The position numbers and the translations under genes were made by a program. The notes beneath the pieces are model-generated. The model made no database searches and was not told where the DNA came from. It saw only the letters and a program-made list of their open reading frames with translations. Positions 26,751-38,121 of a stretch of 42,815 bases of DNA are shown one piece after another. Source of the DNA: Octopus bimaculoides (Eukaryota); NCBI RefSeq assembly GCF_001194135.2, contig NC_068983.1, forward strand, positions 101,820,019 through 101,862,833. Direction: 5' to 3'. How positions within the stretch are numbered: position 1 is the stretch's first letter; every line of letters begins with the position of its first letter.

Positions 26751-26955
26751 GTGCAGATGTGGCTCTGTGGTAAGAAGCTTACTTCCCAACCACATGGTTC
26801 TGGGTTCAGTCATCATTAGTATCTGTTTTCTGTGCTGCTATGGTTTGGATAATTTGACAGGACCCAGCAAACTGCAGGACTACGCCAAGCTCCAGTGTCT
26901 GCTTTGGCATATTTTCTCTGGCTAGATGGCCTTCCAGATGTCAACCACCTTACAG
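26751..26955. mobile_element. SINE C head (+, 26751-26811) abutting an RTE-type tail fragment (-, 26820-26955), followed by an 80-N gap
   Basis: GTGGCTCTGTGGTAAGAAGCTT...GGTTCTGGGTTCAGTC, then GATGGCCTTCCAGATGTCAACCACCTTACAG, the reverse complement of the tail motif. Confidence 0.7.
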
Positions 26956-27744
26956 NNNNNNNNNNNNNNNNNNNNNNNNNNNNNNNNNNNNNNNNNNNNN
27001 NNNNNNNNNNNNNNNNNNNNNNNNNNNNNNNNNNNAAGTTACCAGTCAGAAAAGAACAGGAAGGAAAAAAAAAAACCCATAACTAAGTGGGTGGGGTATT
27101 AGGGAGGGGGAATGGCCTTATATCAGTTGTAAGAGGCTAAAGCATGATTGAGAGACAAGAACAGGTGTCTTTCTATAGAGGAGATACGTGTCTATCCTAC
27201 ATTATGAGGGTGAGTAGTAGTAATAGGGGAGATGAAAATAAAGATGACAGTGATGGTGTACCAGAGCTAACTCTATCCATTTTCTCTGCCCACTATTCCT
27301 GGGATCGTTGTGGGGATAGAATCTTCTGACACTTCCTCCATAGGGTCCTATTAGAAGCAACTGTCATTACACTTTCTGGATGGATTTCCAAGCATTACTC
27401 ATTTAGACTATTGATATTATCTGTGTTATTGGTCTACCACTTAGTCCTCTGTCAGTTGGCTTAAAGAACCTGTGTTGTGATTTTTTTTTTATGTGTGTGA
27501 CATTCTAATTAAATGTTTGTAGTACTGGAGCTGTGACTTTTCAATCAAGAGAGGAAGCATCTCAACCTGGAGTGATTCCCTAATCTCCAAGCTATGCACT
27601 CTGTCAAGTAACATTACTCCAGAGGTCCTTCTGAAGTACCTCATTTCAGCTCCTTATATGTGCAATTGTACTCTTTTGGTCATTACCCAACATCCATGCA
27701 TAGGTTTGAACTGGTACATAAACCAAATAGAAAATAGTAACTTT

Positions 27745-27880
27745 GGCTTTTTGTTGGTTTCCATACAGCTTCTATTTGCCAAATTCACTCACGAGACACC
27801 AATTATGTTGCAAAGTGGAACTGAACCCAAACCCACGTGATTGTAAAATGAACTTCTTAACCACAGCCATGCCTGCACCT
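27745..27880 (-). mobile_element. SINE family C head, internally deleted
   Basis: GTGGAACTGAACCC...CTTAACCACAGCCATGCCTGCACC is the reverse complement of the family C head. Confidence 0.7.
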
Positions 27881-28076
27881 AAAGGTGAATTTACATGGGG
27901 ATGGACTTATTGTCGCTTGCATAACTATCAGAAAAAAATATCATCACACTTATACTTGGATTCAAGTAAATATAATATTGCTCAAAAGTTCAACGTTTTA
28001 GTTGGGTGATGTATAGCATGTATGAACTAGCATGGGCTAATGATAGGTGAGTGAACTGTCAGTAATGACATTGATT

Positions 28077-28170
28077 TCAAATTTTAATACTAGGGCAGCA
28101 ATTTGGGGAGGGAGTAAGTCATAAACCCCAGTGTTCAACTGGCACTTATTTTATCGACTCCAAAAGGTAA
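28077..28170 (-). mobile_element. 5'-truncated SINE family B with about 20-bp TSD
   Basis: tgtcagtaatgacattgatt (28057-28076) vs tgtcagtaatgatattgatt (28171-28190). The body is the reverse complement of the family B 3' half. Confidence 0.8.
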
Positions 28171-28525
28171 TGTCAGTAATGATATTGATTCATGAAACCA
28201 GTGTATGGATATTATAACTGTATTTTTAATGAAGTTTATTAAAATCAATATGTAACAGTGTCATAAATTTATCTATTGATACTTTCTATTTGTGTGAAAC
28301 ATATATGGGTTGTTCTGTTGGGCAACTGTAAGCCTAATGCTCATTATATATGATTATATTGTTAGTCAGTTAGAAGTAGTGATGTTAAAAGCATTGGTTG
28401 GTCTGTGTGTTCTGGACATAGAGTAAGAAACACATTATCTGATACATATTGTCCTGGGGTTTTGCTAAACTGTATTGCCCATAATTGTAATTATTTCAGT
28501 TAAATGTGTATATTATTTAAACACA

Positions 28526-28677
28526 TTCTGCAGCTCACATGGTGAGCATTTCTCCTGGCTTTTATGTTGTGAGCTCAAATTCCACTGAGTTTTGTTTTAC
28601 CTTTCATCCTTTCGGGATTGATAAAATAAGTAGCCTCGTCTCCTATAACTGCTGGCTTTGTGCCAAAATTTGAAACC
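28526..28677 (+). mobile_element. SINE family B with 14-bp TSD
   Basis: attatttaaacaca (28512-28525) vs attatttgaacaca (28678-28691). Body CCTTTCATCCTTTCGGG...GTGCCAAAATTTGAAACC. Confidence 0.8.
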
Positions 28678-29714
28678 ATTATTTGAACACAACCGCAAGT
28701 GAAGTTGCAAACAGTTTTCATGAAAGGCAACATGGTTAGTATGTACGGATCAACAGCTGAAACTAAATTACTAACAGAAAGAAATGTGACTTATTTAGTA
28801 CAGCAACTTTACAGGAGATAAAATTGGTATTTTGTATAAATTTGAACAATAAAAGTTGAAGTAACAGCAGTAATACTTTAGTGGGTAGACTTTACAAGCA
28901 GACATATATGGAGCAGAGACACATATTAATGTATATAAACTCTAGCTACCCAAGTACATATCCTATTAAATAAATGGGAAATACTGAAATGGTAAAAGAA
29001 TAAGATTAAGTATAAGAAAATCAATTAAGACAAGCAAAAGTCAAGAGAATGGATGCAAAATTACCACTTACAAGAAGACTATACTCTGTCAAAGGGCATC
29101 TGCTGATGAGTAAAACCTTATCTTCTGGAAGGAGTATATATACTTCTTTATTTCTCACCCTCACCTTCTCTTCTCCTCTCTTAATAATTTTTTTTATTAT
29201 TGCTTATGATTTCTTCATCTAAATTTTCTTTATTATTTAGTGCACCATCACCATTATTTACCCCCAAGCACTAATTAAGTTATTCATGTTTTTTTACATT
29301 TTTTCAAACTGCCATGGCCTGAATAGGTCTTGCAGCATCTTGCCATTTGTTGTGGTCTTTTCTCATCTAACACATATGGCAACATAAAAACCAAACTAGA
29401 CACCTACGTTGCACTAGTGGAGTTATTTCTAAAAAGACTATAAAAAGTTCCTGCATATATATGTAGCTTTCTTTCTTTTAAATTTTCTGTATTGTAGTAT
29501 ATATGGATGGGAAGCTGCAAGAGACAAAGAGATTTAAGCACCAGACTTTAAAAATAAGTACTAGAGACAATTTGTTTGGCTAAATATTTCAAGGTGGTAC
29601 CCAGCATGATGACTGAAATAAGTAAAAGATAAAAAGATAAAACCCAAAATGTAATAGAAATTCTTTCACATACAATAACAAAATTTCTTTTATATATCAG
29701 TAGCTATAATAATT

Positions 29715-30150
29715 CATCATCATCATCATCATCGTTTAACGTCCACTTTCCATGCTAGCATGGGTTGGACGATTTGACTGAGTACTGGTGAACCGGATGG
29801 TTGCACCAGGCTCCAATCTGATCTGGCAGAGTTTCTACAGCTGGATGCCCTTCCTAATGCCAACCACTCCGAGAGTGTAGTGGGTGCTTTTACGTGCCAC
29901 TGGCACGAGGGCCAGTCACGTGGTACTGGCAACAGCCATGCTCAAAATGGTGTTTTTTACATGCCCCCTGCACAGGATCCAGTCCAGCGGCACTGGCAAC
30001 AACCTCGCTCAAATGATTATCTAACATGCCACCGGCACAAGTGCCAGTAAGGCGACGCCGGTAACAATCACACTCAAATGGTGCTATTTACGTGCCACTA
30101 GCACGGAAGCCAGACAGCTGCTCTGGCAATGATCACGCTCAGATGGTGCT
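29715..30150 (-). mobile_element. RTE-type 3' UTR/tail with (CAT)n end and about 4 tandem units
   Basis: (CAT)nCGTTTAACGTCC...CAGCTGGATGCCCTTCCTAATGCCAACCAC, plus repeated TTTACGTGCCAC units. Confidence 0.85.
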
Positions 30151-30609
30151 GTTAGCTTAATTATACAAAATCTATTCAAATGCTAACCACATAACTTTTT
30201 TCATACAATTATCATCATCATCATCATCATTTGAACATCCACTTTTCTTATGTTTGCATGAGTTAGACAGAATTTGTTAAGTCAGATGTTCTACAGCTTG
30301 ATGGCTGTCATATGATATCAAGGCAAGAAGACAGTAACACACACACACGCGTGCACACACATATATGATGAGTTTCTTTTAGTTTTGTCTATCAAATCTA
30401 CTCACAATATTACAATTAAATACTTCTGTTAATCATGTATAAGTATGAAGGTGGTGGTATATATCAAATATAGCTCTACTTGTCATTTCTTTTTTCTCTA
30501 TTTTAATTTGACATTTTATTGACTTATATATTTTATTTTCAACTTTCGTTTCATCATCTTTCTTACCTTTGCCAAGTTATTAACTTTCTGTGGTGTTATT
30601 TATTTAGTT

Positions 30610-30984
30610 TAGTAGGAGGCACAATGGCCCAGTGGTTAGGGCAGCGGACTCGCGGTCATAGGATCGCGGTTTCGATTCCCAGACCGGGCGTTGTGAGTGT
30701 TTATTGAGCGAAACCACCTAAAGATCCACGAGGTTCTGGCAGGGGATGGTGGCGAACCCTGCTGTACTCTTTCACCACAACTTTCTCTCACTCTTACTTC
30801 CTGTTTCTGTTGTGCCTGTAATTCAAAGGGTCAGCCTTGTCACACTGTTTCACGCTGAATATCCCCGAGAACTACTTTAAGTGGAGTGCTCAGCCACTTG
30901 CACGTTAATTTCACGAGCAGGCTGTTCCATTGATCAGATCAACTGGAACCCTCGACGTCGTAAGCGACGGAGTGCCAACAACAA
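30610..30984 (+). mobile_element. tRNA-derived SINE family D (Arg-tRNA-like head), full length, perfect 13-bp TSD
   Basis: A box TGGCCCAGTGG, B box GTTTCGATTCC, short (CAA)n end. tatttatttagtt occurs at 30597-30609 and 30985-30997. CpGs are retained. Confidence 0.88.
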
Positions 30985-32079
30985 TATTTATTTAGTTATT
31001 CCAACCTTATTTGTTGTTGCTACCTCCTTTCTGCCTCTTCTCTCTTATTCATTTACTTGATCATCTTCTCACGTTTATTCCATTCTTTTTTTCTCTATTG
31101 CTTTTTAAATATGCTTTGAACATTTTTTTTAAAGACTGCCTACTCATATTTAACTTTTTCAAGTCATGACTAAGAGACGAGCCAACTTCTAAATAGTTGT
31201 TGAACTTCCTGGAAATAGCATCATAATCTCAAATCACACCCTTAAAAAAACAGAAAATGACACACTAGACAGTGTAGTTTGAAGTGGTCTGTGAGAAATA
31301 AGGAAGAGATGGTCAGCTCTGACAGTCTTTTGAACAAGTTTTGATCACAGGTCTGTTTGATCAAGATTGATTTGGGGCTAAACTTCGGTCATTAGAAGCC
31401 TCATGAAAACTAAAAGTGTTAATTTTTAAGGCTTAAAGATTTAAGAATTCCTTCCTATATTCTTGAAAAAAGGGCCCTACTAGAAACATTATTTTTCATT
31501 CTTCAAGGTACACAAACCTATCTCAATTTTTTCCCTTTTCCTTTTAATCAACATTTTCCAATGCAGGCCATCAATAGTCTTTCAGAAAAATTTTATCGAT
31601 CATTTTTGAAAACCATAATACTATGTTTAGTAGAGTGAGCACTAACATTTTAATTGATTAAAATTCAGATTCATGACATTGTGCTAGCATCTACTTTACT
31701 CATCTTTATGCCACAGGTATCCCTGGCCATTTCCCCAGTCATTCTGTATAATGTTTATTCATGTATTAAACCATAAAAAACGTTTTTTTGTCTATTAAAC
31801 AATGTTCAGTGTAATGCTACCAACTACTCCTTAGGTAGCTTTTGTGATGTTTAATCTGTTGCAAGTATCTGAACATTTGAAGAAAACACCTGGCTCTTTC
31901 TCCATTCTTGTCATTCTTATGTACATCAGCTTTATCATCTCCTTAGTCTAGGAGAAAAGCAACAATCATGGGCCTTGTCCCTTCTCCTTTCACTAACATA
32001 TATGAAAAAGATATTGCACTTCACTTCTTCATAAATCATTATTCATTCATTCATTTGTTTTTTATGTCTGTAACATACT

Positions 32080-32453
32080 CTTACATGGCTGTGGGATTGA
32101 GAAGCTTGCTTTGTAAACATGATTTCAGATTCGGTCCCACTGCATGACACATTGTGCAAGTGTCTTCTACTTTTACTCTGGGTTGACAAATGCTTTGTGA
32201 ATGCAAATTTGGTAGATGGAAACTGTGTGGAAGCCCATTGTGTATGTGTGTGTGTTTGCCCCCTGCCACTGTTTGACAAGTGGTGTTGGTTTGTTTATGT
32301 TCACATAACTTAATGGTTCAACAAAAGAGACCAAAAGTATAAGTATCAGACTTAAAAAATAAATACTGGGATTGATTTGTTCGCCTTCAAGACAATGTCC
32401 TAGAATTCCAGCATTACTACAGTCCAATGGCTGAAACAAGTAAAAGATAAGAT
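32080..32453 (+). mobile_element. SINE family C, near full length
   Basis: ATGGCTGTGG...GTCCCACTGC...TTTGGTAGATGGAAACTG...TGGCTGAAACAAGTAAAAGATAAGAT. Confidence 0.8.
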
Positions 32454-32720
32454 GCATTTATACCCAATAACACAAGACTGTCATTACTTCTTTTTTTATA
32501 TTAGTTATGTTGATTCAAATAAATAAATAACTAAAAAGGAAATTGGTTTATATTTCTTACTTACACCTGAACATGAAGAAGGCTCAGAGACATTCTAACC
32601 TCTAATTTTTGCCATAGCTTGCTCCTGTCCCAAATAACTCACATACATAACAATTTTTTCCTTCCTTCTTTCTTTCTTTCTTCTTCATTCCTAGTTATTT
32701 TCTATCTTTTCCTTTCTCAA

Positions 32721-32921
32721 TATATTTGCCTCAGTCAGTCAGTCAGTCAGTGTGTGTGTGTGTGTGTGTGAGATAAAGGAGGTATGTGTATGTGTCTCTG
32801 TTTCATGTCGGATGAGGTTTGGATTTAATGATATTTACAGGGTAAGTTTATGTGCTGCAAAGTAGTGTTCTGATATTATGGGCAGGACTGTTCTCTGAAG
32901 AAATGTTGAAGGTGTTTATGG
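32721..32921 (+). repeat. Apparent donor of an about 180-200-bp local duplication (second copy at 34165-34348)
   Basis: Both copies run TATATTTGCCTC...(TG)n AGATAAAGGAGG...GTTGAAGGTGTTT. About 7 substitutions, a 10-nt indel and a microsatellite length change. Confidence 0.9.
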
Positions 32922-33838
32922 AAATCCCATGACCTAGTTACTGATATCTACACTCATAGGATAGTTTCTATACACTCTACTCAAACATGTTGTCAATTGC
33001 TTGATCTTTTGCAGTCTAAAGTATCCATCATTGAGTGACTGGTTGTTATTGATTTCTGGCTGTAGAGGAATTGGTGTTGAGGCAATTATCCTTTTTTCAT
33101 AGACATTAGCTGAATTTTGGAGCTGTTGTTACTCTGTGCATGTAAAGATACACATGTATATGTTGGATGGAAATATGTTTTAATGTTCTCGAAGATCAAT
33201 ATTACTGTGAGTCGTAAGTTACAGTACAGTGGAACCAGCTTTCAAAATATTGTGATGAACCTTGAAGGGAGCCTTTCTGTAGTTTCTTCACCTGTTAGAA
33301 ATAACAGTTAAATTGCTTTACATGACATTCTACCATCTTAGAAAAGGATAGATACATTTATTCCTGTTGTCATGGCTGAATCATATACCTGTTCAATCAG
33401 AGTTGGCCTGGATTAATCAACAACAATTTATTTTGATGCCTACACCATGTATTGAGTTCATAAATTCAGCTTAAATAAATGTTATATAGTGCTATCACTA
33501 GTTTCCTTGGATGTAACATCTAAACTGGTTTGACAGCATTGATATTTCTTTTTCCTAGCTCTTTAATGACAAATCTTATTAGATCTATTAAAGTGCCTCA
33601 AAACCTTCCTCTACAGAATGCACAAAAGGCAAAAGTGGTTTTAAATACTTCTATCATCTTCTGTTATATTTAGTGTGCAGACTTAAATAACCATCAGTTG
33701 CATCAATGCTAGAGTCTCTCTTTCTTGTATTTTTGGTCTAAATGATTTTCAGGAATACCAACTTTCTAGAAATCTAAATCCTTGATTTTTGTCAGATCCC
33801 AAATTCTAATAACTGTCAGCCATTTCCAGTATGGAAAT

Positions 33839-34091
33839 CAGTGGTTCTTGACTACATTTTACTTATGGACCCCCTCTGATTCCTACTTGACTTGGGTGGA
33901 CCTTCATAGACATTTGAAGTTTTAAAAATTTTGTTATATATTTATAATCAAATATTATTAAGAACTGTATAAAAACATTGTTAAAATATTTTGTGTATTG
34001 TAGAAGTATAACCAGTTTATTGCACAAATTTTAACAACAAAATCTTATATGGAACCCCAAGAGCCCTATGAACCTTGGTTGAGAACCATTG
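33839..34091. mobile_element. hAT-type MITE (253 bp)
   Basis: TIRs CAGTGGTTCTTGAC and GTTGAGAACCATTG. The 8-bp flanks atggaaat and atataaat match at 6/8, consistent with a decayed hAT TSD. Confidence 0.7.
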
Positions 34092-34164
34092 ATATAAATG
34101 ATGGTACATAATCAACTATACTTTTCAGAAAATGCAAAATATTGTGAACCACATCTTTCATGGT

Positions 34165-34340
34165 TATATTTGCCTCTGTCAGTGTGTGTGTGTGTGTGTG
34201 TGTGTGAGATAAAGGAGGTATGTGTATGTGTCTCTGTTTCATGTCCAATGAGGTTTGGGTTTGATAATATTTACAATGTGCTGCAAAGTAGTGTTCTGAT
34301 GTTATGGGCAGGATTGTTCTCTGAAGAAATGTTGAAGGTG
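34165..34340 (+). repeat. Duplicated copy flanked by 9-bp direct repeat TTTCATGGT
   Basis: tttcatggt occurs at 34156-34164 and 34341-34349. Confidence 0.85.
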
Positions 34341-34754
34341 TTTCATGGTGGGCCCTAAAAAACCATTTGGAAAGAATTGCTTTCTATCAATGTACCATGA
34401 AGAAAACTTATGTAAACCCAAGATTTTGGCCTGTAACCAAATACTTAAAGTGGCTGACAAAATTCTTATAACTTTTTATAGTTCATTATATGAACCTTCT
34501 CTTTTGGTAATGAAATGTCATGCGATATCAGCAACATTTTTATCTTATTGTAAGCATTGATGAAAAGATACTGACCCAAACATGGTATTAAAATCAAGTA
34601 GAAAATTTACTAAGCATAAATAATTTGAAATCTCTCATGATGTTGGCACCATACTGAATGTATTTGTGTCAAGATAACTATATATTTTCATCCTTATGTG
34701 GAGATGGTAGTTATTTCATAAAATAATTACATATTTCCTCCTATACTTTTCTAG

Positions 34755-34849
34755 GTTAGGCCCAAAGAAATGAAAGCAACACAGAACTTTTCTGAACCGG
34801 ACAAATTAGAAATTGAAGAAAATGACCATATTGTTGTGGTAGAAGGACG
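34755..34849 (+). CDS. TNK2: ACK exon G: VRPKEMKATQNFSEPDKLEIEENDHIVVVEG(R) (SH3 N-half)
   Basis: tctag| and CG|gtaaga, 95 nt, phase 0/2. Matches ACK1 [30 protein letters not shown]. Confidence 0.94.
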
Positions 34850-35035
34850 GTAAGAAACGCTTCTAATGTTTAAATGTTGAAGCAAAATTCTTGAGTTATT
34901 TGACTTCTACTACCCTCTCTGTTTATAAAACTAATATCTTCTATTCTTGGAAAACCAAATCCTCATGATACATATTTACTGGTATGGTAAAATAGATTAG
35001 AGCAACTTGCTTCACTTTACTGTCAGCATTTTCAT

Positions 35036-35070
<35 letters not shown>

Positions 35071-35543
35071 ATTCTCTCTTTAGCTTACTGAATTTCATTT
35101 TAGCAATCTTTTTTTATTGTGTGCATAAAGTAAATCTATCTTTGAAAGAGAAACTTTCAGACACATTATTAATTCACATCTTTAAAAAAGACAAAAATTA
35201 TCTCTACTTTTTCCAGTTGTAATAACTATGGTTAATTGTAGAACTAAAACATTTTGTACTGAAAATAATTTGATGTTTGAATGCCTTTAGCAGAACATAC
35301 TCTTAAGTAAGCACTTGAATCAGATACACTGGAGGGATTTTTTTTTTTATTTCATACTATATAAAAATCAAAATTACTGTTGCTGTTTCATTCACTGTTT
35401 TATGTCAGTATTTTCTCATAAAACAAAAGTCTACAAGCTGAAATTGGAGAACAGCAATTATGAGCAACAGCTTTTTCTCTTTACCTTATAAATTTTATAA
35501 AAATTCTATTGTTTGCAAGTATCTTCAATTTATCTTATTACAG

Positions 35544-35638
35544 GTCAGAGAATTTCTGGTGGAAAGGTCAGAATAAAAGAACTGGTGAATTAGGCATGTT
35601 TCCAAGACATTTAGTGAATCCTCAAAGAAGACTGGCTG
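35544..35638 (+). CDS. TNK2: ACK exon H: (R)SENFWWKGQNKRTGELGMFPRHLVNPQRRLA(G) (SH3 C-half)
   Basis: tacag| and G|gtaatt, 95 nt, phase 2/1. SH3 WW-x-G and FP motifs. Confidence 0.94.
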
Positions 35639-36166
35639 GTAATTCACTTTGTTCTGTTTATTGGGTAGGAGAAGGTGGGGAAAAGAAATTGTTATGATAA
35701 TGTAGCCAACTGGCTCTTGGACACTAAATTGATACTTTCATTTAACTGGAGTAATAAAAGATTTTTTAAGCTTTGTAAATTGTTTTTCTCTTTCTTTTTT
35801 TTTTCCCAAGAATATTCTCCACTGATATCTATGTATTACTTAAAGTCCTCAATCTGATTTTAAACAATTAACCTAAAAAACACTGTTATTATCCCAACAT
35901 TTTATAACTTAAAATAATAGTAATACTATTTAATAGTAATAACAGTAATATTATTTAGCAATAAATGCTGTTTAGCATTAATCTTATCCCAGTGAGCTGG
36001 GATAAATTTGTCGAATCAAAATTGTCTCTTTTTTTTTTACTTAAAAAGTTTAAAAAGAAGCTGTTTTCTTAATTGTTTTAATGCACTTCGGCATAGAATG
36101 GTACTGCCAGTTCAGACATTGGAATGAATTGCAATGTGGTTACATTATTTGTTATTAGTTAGGTAG

Positions 36167-36234
36167 ACTGAATGTATTTGTGTCAAAATAACTATATATT
36201 TTCATCCTTATGTGGATATGGTAGTTATTTCATA
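36167..36234 (+). repeat. 68-bp copy of 34653-34720 flanked by 11-bp direct repeat TAGGTAGACTG
   Basis: 66/68 identity by eye. taggtagactg occurs at 36160-36170 and 36233-36243. Confidence 0.92.
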
Positions 36235-36856
36235 GGTAGACTGTGATAACAATATCTATTGTTAGTTAGATAATGTAGAGATACTGTACCTAAGGTTAGA
36301 AGGTAGTGCCAATAACACAATTAGAAACAATTTCACATGTTTTAATGTGATACTTTTGTTTCTAGTTAAATCGTCAAAAATATTTACTGTCTCTAGAATG
36401 TCTCTAGAATTGTCAAACCACTTGAGACAATAACAGAAAATGTTGGCCTGTAACTGAAATCAAGTTTAAATTTCTGTAAAAGGCTATCATTGATGAAGTA
36501 GAATTGATTTACTATCAACTCTCTTCAGATGTTTTGGCTCTGTTTTAATATAGTAACAACTGATATTTTATCTATGTTTATTTTATTTACGTATTTGTTT
36601 TAAGGATGTTTTTAATGATTGTAGATTATGAATTTAGTCTTTATTATTTGTGTGTTGTCATACATAGAATTTGTATGTTGTCATACAAAATGTCATGGGT
36701 TATGGTTGTAGGTTACCATGTAGAATATCATTGTGGACTGACTTGCAAAGTTTTGTTATATAGTTTGTCTCTGCTACACTCATCTGTTGCTACTTAATAT
36801 TTAGTTGTAGATCATATTATTCAAAACTATTTATTTGTTATTCTTCTTTGTTTTAG

Positions 36857-36953
36857 GTGAAGACATCAGCAAACCCTTGAAGAACAGTTTTATCCACACT
36901 GGTCATGTTGATGTTAGTGGCAACTTTTGGGGCAATCCTGTTTCTATTGATGA
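36857..36953 (+). CDS. TNK2: ACK exon I: (G)EDISKPLKNSFIHTGHVDVSGNFWGNPVSID(E) (CRIB)
   Basis: tttag| and GA|gtaagt, 97 nt, phase 1/2. CRIB motif IS-x-P-x-x-x-F-x-H-x-x-H. Confidence 0.95.
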
Positions 36954-37623
36954 GTAAGTCAAGTTATTTTTATTGTGGCCTTAGGATTTTATATCAATAA
37001 TTTTGATCTCTCTTTAATTGTACACAGTATCAATTGCAACAAAATGAATCTTATTGAAACTCCAGTTCAGTCCTGATCCAACAAACCAATGAACAAGGGC
37101 AGTCCAGCTATCTTTAACCTGTTCTTTCATAAGTGTATCAAAGACTAGATTATTCAGTGACTCTCTTTTTTAAGATGATAGTAAGAGATGATTGGATGGA
37201 GATTTAGCTGCTGTTTTTGTAGGTCAAGAACCTTGTAAAGACATGATTCATTGGCTTAACCTTTCTTGTTAGCTCCAGATACATATGCTGTTATTGTTGT
37301 TGTTTATCCTCAAGCCAACCATGATTGAGCAAATCTCTGATCAAAGATCTTCCAGCTATGGCAACCTCCTCTTTTATTTTGACAAAGTGCATCCATAATC
37401 TCATTATCTGGTGTGTCCTTCTCCTTTTAAGGTGTGTGGTTTCAGTTAGATTTAGCTACTATTCCAGCAGGTTGAGCTGCCAAGATAAGCTAAAAACTCC
37501 CTCGGCTTCTATACACACATATTGTAATTACTATCATTGAATTTGTCTTTTATAATCTAAATTTATTCAAAATAAGGTGCCAACTATGTTACAAATTTAT
37601 ATTGATTAACAATGATGTATAAT

Positions 37624-37825
37624 TGTTTCTAATTTTGACACAAGGCCAACAATTTCAAAGTAAAGGGCTTAGTTGATTCCATCATTCCTTGTAGCTGACT
37701 TTATTTTATGGACTCCAAAGGGATAGAAGATGAAGTTAACCTTGGCAGAATTTGAACTCACAAAGAAAAGAGCTGAAATAAATAACACAAAACATTTTAT
37801 TTCCCACTCTAATGATTCAGCCAAT
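37624..37825 (-). mobile_element. Diverged SINE family B
   Basis: TTTCTAATTTTGACACAAGGCC and CCTTGGCAGAATTTGAACTC are reverse complements of the family B end and B box. Confidence 0.65.
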
Positions 37826-38038
37826 CTACTAAAAGACGAAGAAATATTTACTTACCATGCACTCGTCCAAAAATTGAAGAGTCATTTGTCAATGTTTAGT
37901 TGTCATTAGTAAAATATATTTGAATTGAAGTCACTAGAAAATGCATCAACACTAATGTTTCAGGTTTAAATTATGAGATCATCTAAGGTTTTATTTGGTG
38001 AATCATTTTATTGTTGGGTTATTTCTTTGCTATTGTAG

Positions 38039-38121
38039 AGTTTACCTACGTAATCCAATGGAACCTGAAGACATCCATGGTGATCCAAATCAAGTAGAAC
38101 CAACAAATTTACCCGATAGGA
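38039..38121 (+). CDS. TNK2: ACK exon J: (E)VYLRNPMEPEDIHGDPNQVEPTNLPDR; alternative end at 38127
   Basis: tgtag|, phase 2/1. Matches ACK1 ELYLGNPMDPPD. Two in-frame donors: gtaagc at 38122 and gtgagt at 38128. Confidence 0.9.

Noticed and set aside
30616-30685. tRNA-Arg-like gene
   Set aside because: No proper acceptor stem, and it continues into a 300-bp body with TSDs, so it is a SINE head.
32838-32850. Consensus-like donor AG|GGTAAGT in the donor copy, absent from the duplicate
   Set aside because: No convincing upstream acceptor or in-frame exon; such sites occur by chance in long introns.
35038-35120. Poly-T run with reverse AATAAA (possible processed retrocopy)
   Set aside because: The signal is more than 40 nt from the run, with no TSD and no recognisable parent sequence.
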